Below the pieces are notes generated by a model, which was not told where the DNA came from, ran no database searches, and saw only the letters and a program-made list of their open reading frames with translations. From the NCBI GenBank assembly GCA_905480435.1, contig CAJQQK010000104.1:5523-69522 (forward strand): a stretch of 64,000 nucleotides of DNA, in the 5' to 3' direction. The translations under genes were made by a program, and so were the position numbers. Below, piece after piece: positions 1 through 9,988 of this stretch. Numbering within the stretch: position 1 is the stretch's first letter; every line of letters begins with the position of its first letter. Source of the stretch: an uncultured Hyphomicrobiaceae bacterium. Its GTDB lineage: Bacteria; Pseudomonadota; Alphaproteobacteria; Rhizobiales; Hyphomicrobiaceae.

Positions 1-50
1 GCCGAACAGCTACTCGACGTGGTGGTCAAGTTGAGAAAGACAGGCACACA

Positions 51-1108
51 ATGAGACTTGGGCTAGCGATCGGATATTCGAACGGCACAATGGAACTGCC
101 GGTTGAACGCGTCCAACGCGCGGAAGAACTCGGCTACGATTCTGTGTGGACAGCGGAGGCCTATGGGTCTGATGCTGTGACGCCACTCGCCTACCTTGCA
201 GCCGTGACATCGCGGATCAAACTTGGCACCGCGATCATGCAGGTTGCCGCTCGCACACCGGCCAACGCTGCCATGAGCGCCGGCACGATTGATGCCATGG
301 CCGGCGGTGGACGTTTCATTGCCGGGCTTGGCGTCTCAGGCCCTCAGATCGTCGAAGGTTGGTACGGAGAGCCATGGGGCCGTCCTTACTATTGGCTCAA
401 AGACTACGTCGAAATCATGCGCAAGGTGTTTCGGCGCGAAGAAGGCCTGACGCATGACGGCAAACAGATCCAACTGCCATACACAGGCGACGGTGCACTT
501 GGTGTCGGCAAGCCGCTCAAATCCATTTTGCATATGAACCCGAACATCCCGATCTATCTGGGGGCTGGCAACGAAAGCACAGTGCGTTTGTGCGCTGATG
601 TTTGTGACGGCTTGTTGCCGCTCGGCTTCACACCCGGCACTATGCATGAATACCTACCCTGGCTCGAACAAGGCTTTGAGCGTGCCCGTGGGCGCGGCGA
701 AGACAAAGGCATGCACAATTTCGAAATCCAGGCGTCCGTGCACGTAGAGGTCAATGAAGACATCTCGGCGGCACTCGACAAGCTCAAACCTGAAGTCGCG
801 CTTTATGTCGGCGGCATGGGGCATCGCAATAAAACTTCCACAAAGAGATGATGATCCGTCGTGGCTTTGGCGATGCGGCTGAGCGCATCCAGGAACTCTA
901 TCTCGCCGGACACAAAGCCGAGGCAACCGCTACCGTTCCTGATGAATGGGTTGACGCCAAATCACTGGTTGGCCCACCGGCCCGCATCAAAGAGCGCTAT
1001 CAAGCCTGGGAGAATTGCGGGGCAACAGCACTGTCTGTGCGGACAAAGCAGGACGAGGCCGTCGAAGTCATGGCGCAAGCCGCAAGGCTGAACGTCGGCA
1101 GCAATTGA
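51..1108 (+). pseudogene. LLM-class (luciferase-like, F420-type) flavin oxidoreductase, split by a 1-nt frameshift in the A-run at 831-834
   Basis: ORFs 51..851 and 848..1108 read as the N- and C-terminal parts of one luciferase-like oxidoreductase (AEELGYDSVWTAEAYGSDA..., ...AERIQELYLAGHKAEATATVPDEWVD...). In the second frame, codons 833-847 give NFHKE, which joins the halves seamlessly. Confidence 0.7.
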
Positions 1109-1115
1109 TTTGGTT

Positions 1116-2039
1116 TTAGTCCGACAGAAACCCGTTTCTATCGATCACCCGGAGCAGCTGTTCGAGGCTGCCATCTAACGTCTGCCCTGATGTGTTGACG
1201 CTGGCGGCTGCCCGCGCGTAAAGCGCCTCGCGGCTTGTCAGGATCGTACGAAGTTGCTCCATGGCATTCGGATTGCCAGCCATCGGGCGCTCATCGCCTT
1301 GCTCGCGCACGCGGGCCATATGCTCTTCCGGCGCCGCCTTCAGCCACACAGTATGATAGTGCCCCAGCAAGTAATCATAAGTGTCCGGATCCGAGACAAT
1401 GCCGCCCGCAACCGCAAGCACTATCTGATCGTGCTTGCCCGCCATGCGCTCCAGGGCATCATGCTCCAGGTGGCGATAGCCTTCCTGGCCGTAAAGCGCC
1501 ATCACCTCTTCCACCGCCATGCCGCTTGCTTGCTCAATCTCGCCTTTCAACTCGAAAAACGGCACACCAAGCCTTTCCGCGCTCAGGCGTCCAAGTGTTG
1601 ATTTACCGGCACCGCGCAAGCCGATCAATGCAATACGGCGCGCACGCTGCTCGGTTGGATGTTCCGGCGCGAGGATTGTGAGCACGCGGGTCAGTTGCTC
1701 TTTCGTTGCCGATGCCAGCAGCGTCGCAATCTCCCCGATATCTGCCTGTCGAGGGTCACGCGCAGCGATCAGCCATTCAATCTGCATGTCGAGCGCATCC
1801 GCGATACGCATCAAAAGCCCGATCGAAATGTTGCCCTGACCGGTTTCGAGCTGGGCGATATAGCGCTGTGACACGCCCGAGTTCTCAGACAATTCCCGGC
1901 GCGAAAGCCCTAGTCCCTTGCGCGCGCCGCGCACACGCTCGCCGACCGTCATCAGCAACGCGCTGATGCGTTCCTGCTGCCCGGCAGGCGCTTTGTCAGT
2001 CGCAGCATCGTCGCTGCCATATGTAACGATGCCGGCCAT
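1116..2039 (-). CDS. boxR: BzdR/BoxR-type regulator: XRE helix-turn-helix domain fused to a shikimate-kinase-like domain
   Basis: N-terminal HTH (LSRRELSENSGVSQRYIAQLETGQGNISIGLL) and C-terminal P-loop GLRGAGKSTLG. ATG at 2039 follows AGGAG and lies 11 nt after the boxA stop. The longer ORF to 2183 would overlap boxA. Confidence 0.85.
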   Translation of the reverse strand: MAGIVTYGSDDAATDKAPAGQQERISALLMTVGERVRGARKGLGLSRRELSENSGVSQRYIAQLETGQGNISIGLLMRIADALDMQIEWLIAARDPRQADIGEIATLLASATKEQLTRVLTILAPEHPTEQRARRIALIGLRGAGKSTLGRLSAERLGVPFFELKGEIEQASGMAVEEVMALYGQEGYRHLEHDALERMAGKHDQIVLAVAGGIVSDPDTYDYLLGHYHTVWLKAAPEEHMARVREQGDERPMAGNPNAMEQLRTILTSREALYARAAASVNTSGQTLDGSLEQLLRVIDRNGFLSD

Positions 2040-2050
2040 TCTCCTGAGCC

Positions 2051-3253
2051 TCAATACGTTTCCACGTGATACCGTCCACTCTCGCGCATGGTGTTTTTGA
2101 TCTCTTGCCAGTTCAACCCGGCGCCGCGGGCGATGTCTTCGAATGCCTGTTCGACACCAACTTCCATGGCCTTCAAGCCACACACGTAAATGTAAGTCGA
2201 AGCATCCAACAGCATCGGCGCGAGCTCATCGCCAGCCTGCCGCAACCGATCCTGCACATAGACACGCGGCAGGTCGGCAATTCGACTGAACGCGAAGTGC
2301 GTGGCCAGAAACTCTTGTGGCATTTTGTTGAGCGGCCCGAAGTACGGCAGCGATTGCGGCGTCCGCGCGCCAAAAAATAACATCAGAGAGTTGCTGATAT
2401 CGGGCGACGTCCGCTGGCGGCGTATTGTAAAAGCCCTGAACGGCGCAGAACCGGTTCCCGTACACACCATGATGAGTTTGGCATCGCGATCATTGGGCAT
2501 CAGGAACGTCGAACCGAACGGCCCTGATAATTGGACCTTGTCGCCCTTCTGCAGGTCGCAAACGTAGTTGGAGCAAACGCCCTGCTCTTCTCGCTTAACC
2601 GTCAAGGATAGGTTGTTTGTGTTCGGTCGTTCGCCATCTCTCGGGCTCGATATCGAATATAGTCGCGGCACAAACGGCTTGCCGTTGCTGTCGATCCCCG
2701 GTGGGTTAATCCCGACACTTTGTCCTTCCAGTACCGGGAAGACTGTGCTGCCGAGATCCAGAATAATGTGCCGCACTTCGGAATCTGATTCCTCGGTCGT
2801 CAGCCGATAGCTGCCTTGCACGGTTGCTTCAACCGGCTTGCCAGGACTGAAGAGATTAACCGAAGCTTTCGAAGCCGACGCAGGCGCCAGCGAACGCCCA
2901 CCGGCGCCCTGATGCGCCTCGGCCAGCAACGCGTGCACGGCATCATCGAGCGCTTCTATCGTGGCGCCCGCGCCATCACCGCCGTCGCTCAGCTCTTCCT
3001 GTTCGGGCAAGTCCATCCAGGAGAACTGCTCTTCCAACGAGTAGGCTGTCTTGACCACGCGCCAGTTGTCGATCGAGCCCGTCGGGCACGGCGAAATACA
3101 CGCCATGCAGTAATCGCACTTCGACGCATCAACCACGACATTGTCATCGTTGTGCGTTATCGCATCGATCGGGCATGCTTCTTCGCACGTGTAACATCTG
3201 ATGCAAATCTCGGGATCGATCAGATGCTGTTTGATAAGCTCAGCCATGATCAA
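2051..3253 (-). CDS. boxA: Benzoyl-CoA 2,3-epoxidase reductase component BoxA (2x[4Fe-4S] ferredoxin plus FNR-like domain)
   Basis: Two Cys clusters (CIRCYTCEEACP, CDYCMACISPCP), then a flavodoxin-reductase-like C-terminus (RLYSISS, MVCTGTGSAPFRAF). 4-nt overlap with boxB. Confidence 0.9.
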   Translation of the reverse strand: MIMAELIKQHLIDPEICIRCYTCEEACPIDAITHNDDNVVVDASKCDYCMACISPCPTGSIDNWRVVKTAYSLEEQFSWMDLPEQEELSDGGDGAGATIEALDDAVHALLAEAHQGAGGRSLAPASASKASVNLFSPGKPVEATVQGSYRLTTEESDSEVRHIILDLGSTVFPVLEGQSVGINPPGIDSNGKPFVPRLYSISSPRDGERPNTNNLSLTVKREEQGVCSNYVCDLQKGDKVQLSGPFGSTFLMPNDRDAKLIMVCTGTGSAPFRAFTIRRQRTSPDISNSLMLFFGARTPQSLPYFGPLNKMPQEFLATHFAFSRIADLPRVYVQDRLRQAGDELAPMLLDASTYIYVCGLKAMEVGVEQAFEDIARGAGLNWQEIKNTMRESGRYHVETY

Positions 3254-4701
3254 GCCATGTGCAACTGGACATACTCGAAGTCACCCGGCTTGTTGTCGAT
3301 ACCCATCCGAGGTGGGGCGATCCAGCTGGCATATTTGCCAGGCTCCGTTACCGGCACCATCAGCGATTTTACGAAATCTCCATCAGCAGTTGTCGGCAAC
3401 CAATCGTTCTTGCGGGCCTCCCACTCTTCGCTGGAAATAATGTCGCCTTCTGGCGTGATGGAAGCCGCTTTGAATTCACCAATCTGACGGTGAAAGCCTT
3501 CGTGTGGCAACGTCATTTCAAACTCAACGCCGGTCTTCTTGATCATATGGTTCCAGCGCTTAACACCGCCCGAAGCATCCTTGACGTAGTCGTCACGCAG
3601 GCGAAGGTTGATCGCTGAAAGCGCCGGAACGGATTCCTCGACAATTCCATCCTTGGTGAAGCGCCGAACCGTATACTGGTCGCCCTGCAGCTTATGATCA
3701 TCGTCGATCTTTGCTTCCATGAAGCGACCTTTGATGCCGGCGTTGAACGCGTTGGCGGCATTGGTCGAAACCTCTGAGCCAAACAAATCCAACGACAAGC
3801 TGTAATGCAAATTGGCTTTCTTCTGAATGGTCGGCAGATCAATCACGCCCAAATCGCGGATCGCATTGATGTCATACGGGTCCGTAATGCCCGCTTTGAC
3901 CATGGCTTCGCACGTCGCCTGGATCGTACGCCCGACGCCCGTTTCACCGACAAACATATGATGCGCTTCTTCGGTGATCATGAACCGACAAGTGCGGCTC
4001 AATGGATCGAAGCCAGACTGCGCCAAGCTCTCAAGCTGCATCTTGCCGTCACGGTCCGTAAAATACGTGAACATGAAGAACGACAGCCAGTCAGGTGTTG
4101 CTTCGTTGAAGGCACCCAACATGCGTGGTGCCTCTTCCGAACCTGACGAGCGGCGCAACAAATCATCCGCCTCCTCGCGGCCATTTTTGCCGAAATATTT
4201 ATGCAGCAGATAGACCATCGCCCAGAGGTGACGACCTTCCTCGACATTCACTTGAAACAAATTGCGCAGATCGTAAAGCGACGGCGCGGTCAGTCCGAGA
4301 TGCTTCTGTTGTTCGACAGATGCGGGCTCCGTATCGCCCTGAATGACCACCAGCCGCTGCAGCATTGAGCGATATTCGCCCGGCACTTCCTGCCACGCCG
4401 GTTCGCCGGCATGCTCGCCACACGGAATTCGGCGATCTTCCACTTGAGGTGCAAGCAAAACGCCCCAGCGATACTCCGGCATTCTGACATAGTCGAACTT
4501 CGCCCAGCCCTGCGGATCGACACCAATCGCCGTACGCAAATAGACGTTACTCTTCTGGAATTTTTCCGGAATGAGCTGGTTCCACCAATTCAGATAGCCC
4601 GGGTGCCATTTTTCAAGCGCTCTCAGAACGCGCCGGTCACTGGACAGGTCAACGTTATTCGGAATCTGCGTGTCATAGTTGACACTCAAAGGATCAGACA
4701 T
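3250..4701 (-). CDS. boxB: Benzoyl-CoA 2,3-epoxidase oxygenase component BoxB (di-iron)
   Basis: 483 aa from MSDPLSVNYDTQIPNNVDL. ATG at 4701 is preceded by GAGGAG. Position between boxC and boxA and overall similarity to BoxB as I recall it. The upstream ORF extension to 4968 overlaps boxC and is rejected. Confidence 0.9.
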   Translation of the reverse strand: MSDPLSVNYDTQIPNNVDLSSDRRVLRALEKWHPGYLNWWNQLIPEKFQKSNVYLRTAIGVDPQGWAKFDYVRMPEYRWGVLLAPQVEDRRIPCGEHAGEPAWQEVPGEYRSMLQRLVVIQGDTEPASVEQQKHLGLTAPSLYDLRNLFQVNVEEGRHLWAMVYLLHKYFGKNGREEADDLLRRSSGSEEAPRMLGAFNEATPDWLSFFMFTYFTDRDGKMQLESLAQSGFDPLSRTCRFMITEEAHHMFVGETGVGRTIQATCEAMVKAGITDPYDINAIRDLGVIDLPTIQKKANLHYSLSLDLFGSEVSTNAANAFNAGIKGRFMEAKIDDDHKLQGDQYTVRRFTKDGIVEESVPALSAINLRLRDDYVKDASGGVKRWNHMIKKTGVEFEMTLPHEGFHRQIGEFKAASITPEGDIISSEEWEARKNDWLPTTADGDFVKSLMVPVTEPGKYASWIAPPRMGIDNKPGDFEYVQLHMA

Positions 4702-4727
4702 TTTAGTCTCCTCAATGCCGCGCGCAA

Positions 4728-6401
4728 TTATACGCGGCGCATGTCGTAATCGCCACGGATACCAGTCCCATAGCGCTGCAACGCACCCGTTTCGCCGACG
4801 GCATTTGGCCTCTGGAATATCCAGTTCTGCCACGCAGTCAGGCGGCCGAATATGCGCGTTTCCATTGTCTCGGGACCAGCAAAGCGCAGGTTTGCCTCCA
4901 TGCCCGTCATGGCATCGGGCGAGTAACTTGCGCGCTCTTCGAGAAACAGCCGGATTTCGTCTTCCCAATCGATGTCGTCAAATGCGAACGTTACCAGACC
5001 CAGCTCACTCGCCGCTTCTGCTTCCAGGGCCTTGTCTTTGTGCTCTGCCAGCTCATCGACACGCGCTGGCTCACCCAGGAACCGCGTCTGCAGCCGGGTC
5101 AGATCATTCGACATCGGGTAGAGACCAAAGTTGGCATCGCTCAGTGTGATTGTCGCCGGTGGACGATTATCACCCTCGAATGCGCCATCGGCCATATAGG
5201 ATCGATCGACGGCGAACAGGATTTCAGCAAGCGTGCCCGCGAAGTTCGAACCCGGCTCGGCCAGCGCAACCAGCGAACGCGATGTCAAATCGATCCGCTT
5301 CAGAACGCGCCTCCAATACAGCAGGATCTCGTTGGCAAACCAATCATCCCGGTTGTCGAGCAGCAGTCGCTCGTGCGCCAAAAACTGATCAGCCTCGCCG
5401 GAGGCCTTGAAGGTCAGCACGCCCGTTTCAAGCTCATTCGCACGCAGATGCAGAATAGCGTCATCCAGCTCGCGCGCGCAGCGCAGCATCCACGTCTCAG
5501 CGCCAGCCACATGCAACTCCTCAACGTAGGCCGCCGCATCTATGATTGGCATCGAAATCTCAATCGACGCTGTTCGACGCTCGCGATCGACATGAACATC
5601 AACCGCCGAATATCGCACAGACCCGGCATCTTCAAACGTGCGCTGCAGCGGCGTCAACGCGATACCTTTAGCATCCGACGGACGCTTCGATTTGTCAGTG
5701 AACTCCGCTGCGCGAGCCGCGACAGTTTCCTCAAACTTACTGTTCGCCACAACATCATCGACGAGATTCCAATCGAGCGCGCGCTTACCTTTGACGCCCT
5801 CTTCAACCGAACAGAATACGTCGGCCAGATCGCGTCGCACTTTTCGTTTATCGGTGACACGCGTCAAACCACCCGTGCCGGGCAGCACGGCGAGCAGCGG
5901 CACTTCAGGCAACGACACGTTCGACGAACCGTCGTCGGTCAAGATGATGTGATCACAAGCCAACGCAAGCTCATAACCGCCGCCAGCGCAGGCCCCTTTG
6001 ATGGCGCACAGATAATACTGGCCGGAATCGCGACCGGCGACTTCGTATGTATTGCGGGTTTCGTTGGTAAACTTGCAAAAATTGACTTTGTGCGCGTGCG
6101 TCGCGCTACCGAGCATGCGGATATTGGCGCCAGCGCAGAACACGTTGTCCTTGCCCGAACGCAGTACGACCGCTTTGACTTCCGGGTGCTCAAACCGCAT
6201 GCGTTGCACAACGTCGGCAAGTTCAATATCGACGCCCAGGTCATACGAGTTCAGCTTCAACTCATAGCCGTCAAACAATCCACCGGCCTCATCAACATCC
6301 ATATAGAGTGTCGCGACCGCGCCGTCGTACTCAACGCGCCAATGGCGATAGCGGGAAGGGAACGTCTGGAAATCTATGATGTGGTCAGTCGTCAGGGTCA
6401 T
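4728..6401 (-). CDS. boxC: 2,3-epoxybenzoyl-CoA dihydrolase BoxC (crotonase superfamily)
   Basis: 558 aa from MTLTTDHIIDFQTFPSRYRHWRV. Enoyl-CoA hydratase-like core (VFCAGANIRMLG, ACAGGGYELALACD). First gene of the boxCBA run. Confidence 0.9.
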   Translation of the reverse strand: MTLTTDHIIDFQTFPSRYRHWRVEYDGAVATLYMDVDEAGGLFDGYELKLNSYDLGVDIELADVVQRMRFEHPEVKAVVLRSGKDNVFCAGANIRMLGSATHAHKVNFCKFTNETRNTYEVAGRDSGQYYLCAIKGACAGGGYELALACDHIILTDDGSSNVSLPEVPLLAVLPGTGGLTRVTDKRKVRRDLADVFCSVEEGVKGKRALDWNLVDDVVANSKFEETVAARAAEFTDKSKRPSDAKGIALTPLQRTFEDAGSVRYSAVDVHVDRERRTASIEISMPIIDAAAYVEELHVAGAETWMLRCARELDDAILHLRANELETGVLTFKASGEADQFLAHERLLLDNRDDWFANEILLYWRRVLKRIDLTSRSLVALAEPGSNFAGTLAEILFAVDRSYMADGAFEGDNRPPATITLSDANFGLYPMSNDLTRLQTRFLGEPARVDELAEHKDKALEAEAASELGLVTFAFDDIDWEDEIRLFLEERASYSPDAMTGMEANLRFAGPETMETRIFGRLTAWQNWIFQRPNAVGETGALQRYGTGIRGDYDMRRV

Positions 6402-6670
6402 ATGTGCCTGCTCTTGTTGATCACTGCTTCTCCCGAATTCCTGATGCCTCGACGAGAGAAACACAACAATGCCGGATAGTGCGTATTTATTTTGTGTAAT
6501 GCAAAATAATGCGCTACACAAGCCCGATTGGCAGACATAAAGTGCAATATGTAAGATCAACTCCGTCCTATATGTGTTGATGGCACATGTGCCGGCTGAG
6601 CAGACAATCCAGGTCGACGAACAATAAGAGATCGAGGCCGACAAAGGCCCTCCAAAGGAAGGAAACCCGA

Positions 6671-7867
6671 ATGAAACTCATGAATTCTCGTGCAGCCATT
6701 TTCGCCGTTGCCGGATTGGCAATGACAACGAGCGGCGCTGTCGCGGCCGATACTGTCAAGATCGGTTTTGTGACGACCCTGACGACACCTGCCGCCGTGA
6801 TCGGCAAGGACATGCAGGATGCTGCCAACCTCGCGATGGCGCACATCGGCGGCAAAATGGGCGGCAAAAAAGTTGACCTGATATTCGAAGACGACGGATT
6901 CCGCCCTGAAGGCGGCAAGCAAAAGACCGACAAACTTGTCAAACAGGACGACGTTGATTTCGTCACCGGATTCATCTGGAGCCACGTGCTGCTCGCGTCG
7001 CGCAAATCCGTGCTTGATGCCGGAAAATTCCTGATCTCAGCCAACGCTGGTCCGTCGCCTGTCGCTGGCAAACTGTGCCACAAGAATTTTTTCTCAACAT
7101 CCTGGCAGAACGACCAGACGCCGATGGCGATGGGTGAAGTGCTCAACCAAAAGGGCGTCAAGTCGCTCTACATCATGGCGCCGAACTATGCCGCTGGCAA
7201 AAACATGGTCGCTGGCGTCAAGCGCACGTTCAAGGGCAAAATCCTTGGCGTCGACTTCACCAAGTGGGGCAAAGACGCCCAACTTGATTTCTCTGCCGAG
7301 CTTGCCAAAGCAAAAGCGTCCGGCGCTGAAGGCATCTGGGTTTTCTATCCAGGCAAAGCCGGTGGTGCTTTCATCAAGCAGTACCAGCAGGCCGGTCTGC
7401 AGGGTAAAATTCCACTGTACACAAGCTTTACTGTCGATGCGATTGCGTTGCCGAAGCTGCAGAAAGCCAACCTTTCCGGCGTTCTTGGTTCGGAAAATAC
7501 ACAGCAGTGGAGCCCTGATATGGACAACGCTGCGAACAAGAAGTTCGTTGGCGACTTCAAGAAGAAGCATGGCCGTTACCCATCGTTCTATGCCGCTCAG
7601 GCCTATGATGCGATCATGCTGATCAAGTCTGCGGTTGATGCCGTCAAAGGCGATACCAAGAACATGGATGGCATGCGCGCTGCGATGAAGTCAGCGAACT
7701 ACGCGTCAGTTCGTGGCAAGTACACCTACGGCAACAACCACATGCCGATCCAGAATTTCTACCTGCGCAAAGTCGTCAAAGACGTCGATGGCAACTGGAC
7801 CACGAAGATCACCAAGACGGTCTACACCAACCATCAGGACGTCTACGCAAAAGACTGCAAAATGTAG
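6671..7867 (+). CDS. ABC transporter periplasmic substrate-binding protein, LivJ/branched-chain-type family; likely aromatic-acid uptake, inferred from context
   Basis: Signal peptide MKLMNSRAAIFAVAGLAMTTSGAVAADTVKIGF. ATG 6671 after AAGGAAGGA. Divergent from boxC. Confidence 0.85.
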   Translation: MKLMNSRAAIFAVAGLAMTTSGAVAADTVKIGFVTTLTTPAAVIGKDMQDAANLAMAHIGGKMGGKKVDLIFEDDGFRPEGGKQKTDKLVKQDDVDFVTGFIWSHVLLASRKSVLDAGKFLISANAGPSPVAGKLCHKNFFSTSWQNDQTPMAMGEVLNQKGVKSLYIMAPNYAAGKNMVAGVKRTFKGKILGVDFTKWGKDAQLDFSAELAKAKASGAEGIWVFYPGKAGGAFIKQYQQAGLQGKIPLYTSFTVDAIALPKLQKANLSGVLGSENTQQWSPDMDNAANKKFVGDFKKKHGRYPSFYAAQAYDAIMLIKSAVDAVKGDTKNMDGMRAAMKSANYASVRGKYTYGNNHMPIQNFYLRKVVKDVDGNWTTKITKTVYTNHQDVYAKDCKM

Positions 7868-7878
7868 TCAAGTCTATC

Positions 7879-7914
7879 AGCCGGCGTTCATTTTCGAGTG
7901 AGCGCCGGCTTTTG
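7879..7914 (+). terminator. Hairpin plus short T-tract after the binding-protein gene (attenuator/terminator)
   Basis: AGCCGGCG (7879-7886) pairs with CGCCGGCT (7903-7910), followed by TTTG. Lies 12 nt after the stop codon and before the permease genes. Confidence 0.55.
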
Positions 7915-8015
7915 CTTGCGCCAGTTCCAGTACTGCCATAACCAGTGTGCGCGTATCAAACTAAGCCATCTTTGCAGGGGGAGCATCGCGCCAGTCGCGA
8001 TGAACTAGGGAAGGC

Positions 8016-8939
8016 ATGGATTTCTCGTTGTTTGTCGTGCAGCTCTTGAACGGACTGCAACTCGGGATACTTTTATTCCTGCTGGCTTCCGGCCTGACGC
8101 TCACCTTCGGCATCATGGATTTTGTCAATCTCGCTCACGGCTCTTTCTACATGGTCGGCGCGTTCATCTGTGCAACGCTGACATTTGCCACGGGCTCCTT
8201 CATCTGGGGCGTTCTGCTCGCCATACCACTTGTTGCCGTGGTTGGGCTGGCGACCGAATGGATCGTCATTCGCAATCTCTATCCGCGCGACCATCTCGAC
8301 CACGTACTCGCCACCTTCGGGCTTATTCTGGTCTTCGACACGCTCGTGCAGATCGTCTGGGGCCCCGCCGGCATCGTCGTGCCTCTGCCAGCGTGGCTTG
8401 ATGGGCAGGTCACACTGCCGGGCGACATCGTCTTCCCGACGTTTCGCTTGATGATCATTTGCGCTGGCCTGCTCATCGCTGGCGGGCTCTATTACCTCGT
8501 CAATCACACCCGCCTTGGCATGCTGATCCGCGCCGGTGCTTCGAACCGCACCATGGTCGGCGCGCTCGGCATCGACATCAAAACGCTGTTCTCGGGCGTC
8601 TTTGCCCTCGGTGCCGTTCTTGCCGGAATCGCTGGCATGCTGATCTCGCCGATCACCGAAGCATCGATCGGGATGGGCAACGAAATCATCATTACAGCGT
8701 TTGTCGTGATCATCATTGGCGGCATCGGCTCGATGAAAGGTGCCTTCGCGGCGGCCCTCTTGATCGGATTGATCGATACGATGGGCCGCTCGTTTCTCGA
8801 CGATATCTTCAAGATCGTGATGTCATCGGAAGCCGCTGAAACCGCTGCCCCTGCGATTTCCGCCATGCTGATTTACATCTTGATGGCCGTCATCCTTGCC
8901 GTCCGCCCGCAAGGCCTCTTTCCACCGAAGGTGCGATGA
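8016..8939 (+). CDS. ABC transporter permease, LivH-like
   Basis: 307-aa polytopic membrane protein with typical LivH-like sequence. 4-nt overlap with the next permease gene. Confidence 0.85.
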   Translation: MDFSLFVVQLLNGLQLGILLFLLASGLTLTFGIMDFVNLAHGSFYMVGAFICATLTFATGSFIWGVLLAIPLVAVVGLATEWIVIRNLYPRDHLDHVLATFGLILVFDTLVQIVWGPAGIVVPLPAWLDGQVTLPGDIVFPTFRLMIICAGLLIAGGLYYLVNHTRLGMLIRAGASNRTMVGALGIDIKTLFSGVFALGAVLAGIAGMLISPITEASIGMGNEIIITAFVVIIIGGIGSMKGAFAAALLIGLIDTMGRSFLDDIFKIVMSSEAAETAAPAISAMLIYILMAVILAVRPQGLFPPKVR

Positions 8940-9988
8940 GCATGACGGAGCAGATCGCACCCAAGGAACAGTCGGCTCAGTCAGAGGCCAATACCGCAGC
9001 GCGAAGATCACGCCGCCTGCCCCCCAGCACTTTGATCATGGCTGCCGGGCTCCTGTTCCTGGCGATCGTGCCACCACTCGCATATTTCACCGGCAACGAA
9101 TTCTGGCTGAGCATCTTCACCCGACTAACGATCCTGTCGATCGCAGCCGTCAGCCTCAACCTCGTGCTCGGTTACGGCGGCCTTGTCTCCTTCGGTCACG
9201 CAGCCTTTCTCGGCCTTGGCGCCTATGCCGTCGGCATACCGGTCCACCACGCCATCAATGGCGAATTCGAAAGCATCGCCACAACGAACGGCCTATTCCA
9301 CATTCCCATGGCGGTTGGCGTCTGCGCCCTCTACGCTCTCATAACCGGTGCGATCAGCCTCAGAACGCGCGGCGTGCACTTCATCATGATCACCATGGCA
9401 TTCGGTCAAATGGTGTTCTTCGCGATCGTCTCGATCGAGACCTACGGTGGCGACGACGGCCTCACGATCTACGAACGCTCCAGCCTACCGGCCATCAGCC
9501 TCGACAACCCATTAACGCTCTATGCCGTCTGCTTCGTTTCGCTGCTGCTCGCACTCTATCTCGTCCACCGGATTGTAAATTCCCGGTTCGGCATGGTGAT
9601 CCGGGCTGCCAAAGGCAACGAAGAGCGGATCCGCGCACTTGGCTTCAACGCCTATGCCTACCGCCTCCTCGCCTATGTCATCTCAGGCTCGATGTGTGGC
9701 TATGCCGGTGCGCTGCTTGGCAACTTCACGACGTTCATTTCACCTGAGATGATGGACTGGACGCGATCGGGCGAATTGATGTTCATGGTCATCCTCGGTG
9801 GCGCCGGCTCGTTGTTCGGGCCTGTGCTCGGTGCATCTGTGTTTCTTCTGCTCGAAGAAGTGATGTCCGATTTTACCATTTATTGGCATCTCCCATTCGG
9901 CATCATGCTGATCCTTGCCGTGCTTTTCGTACGTGGCGGCATCAGCGGTTTTGCCGATCGTCTCCTCGGAGCAAAGCGCGATGACTGA
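8936..9988 (+). CDS. ABC transporter permease, LivM-like
   Basis: 350-aa polytopic membrane protein. Overlaps the ATPase gene start (ATGACTGA at 9981-9988). Confidence 0.85.
   Translation: MSMTEQIAPKEQSAQSEANTAARRSRRLPPSTLIMAAGLLFLAIVPPLAYFTGNEFWLSIFTRLTILSIAAVSLNLVLGYGGLVSFGHAAFLGLGAYAVGIPVHHAINGEFESIATTNGLFHIPMAVGVCALYALITGAISLRTRGVHFIMITMAFGQMVFFAIVSIETYGGDDGLTIYERSSLPAISLDNPLTLYAVCFVSLLLALYLVHRIVNSRFGMVIRAAKGNEERIRALGFNAYAYRLLAYVISGSMCGYAGALLGNFTTFISPEMMDWTRSGELMFMVILGGAGSLFGPVLGASVFLLLEEVMSDFTIYWHLPFGIMLILAVLFVRGGISGFADRLLGAKRDD

Noticed and set aside
828-835. Programmed -1 ribosomal frameshifting at the A-run in the split LLM gene.
   Set aside because: T-AAA-ACT is not a canonical X-XXY-YYZ slippery heptamer, and I see no downstream stimulatory hairpin. 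A homopolymer indel, real or from sequencing, is the simpler explanation.
3250-4968. N-terminal extensions of track ORFs (boxB to 4968, boxC to 6644, regulator to 2183, Rieske oxygenase to 44430, TauD to 50746, SLT-like protein to 62631, and others).
   Set aside because: The extensions overlap upstream genes and have non-protein-like composition. Internal ATG/GTG codons preceded by Shine-Dalgarno-like sequences give family-typical N-termini, so the shorter coordinates were used.
5040-6479. Long antisense ORF (479 aa) opposite boxC. Similar ORFs lie at 12976..14202 (opposite the LarA homolog), 35205..36107 (opposite the dipeptidase-like gene), 42201..43112 (opposite the GST gene) and 57657..59132 (opposite the IOR-family gene).
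   Set aside because: Their translations are Arg/Ala/Gly/Pro-rich and low in complexity, with no recognisable motifs. They lie exactly opposite strongly supported genes. This is the typical stop-codon-poor antisense frame of GC-rich DNA.
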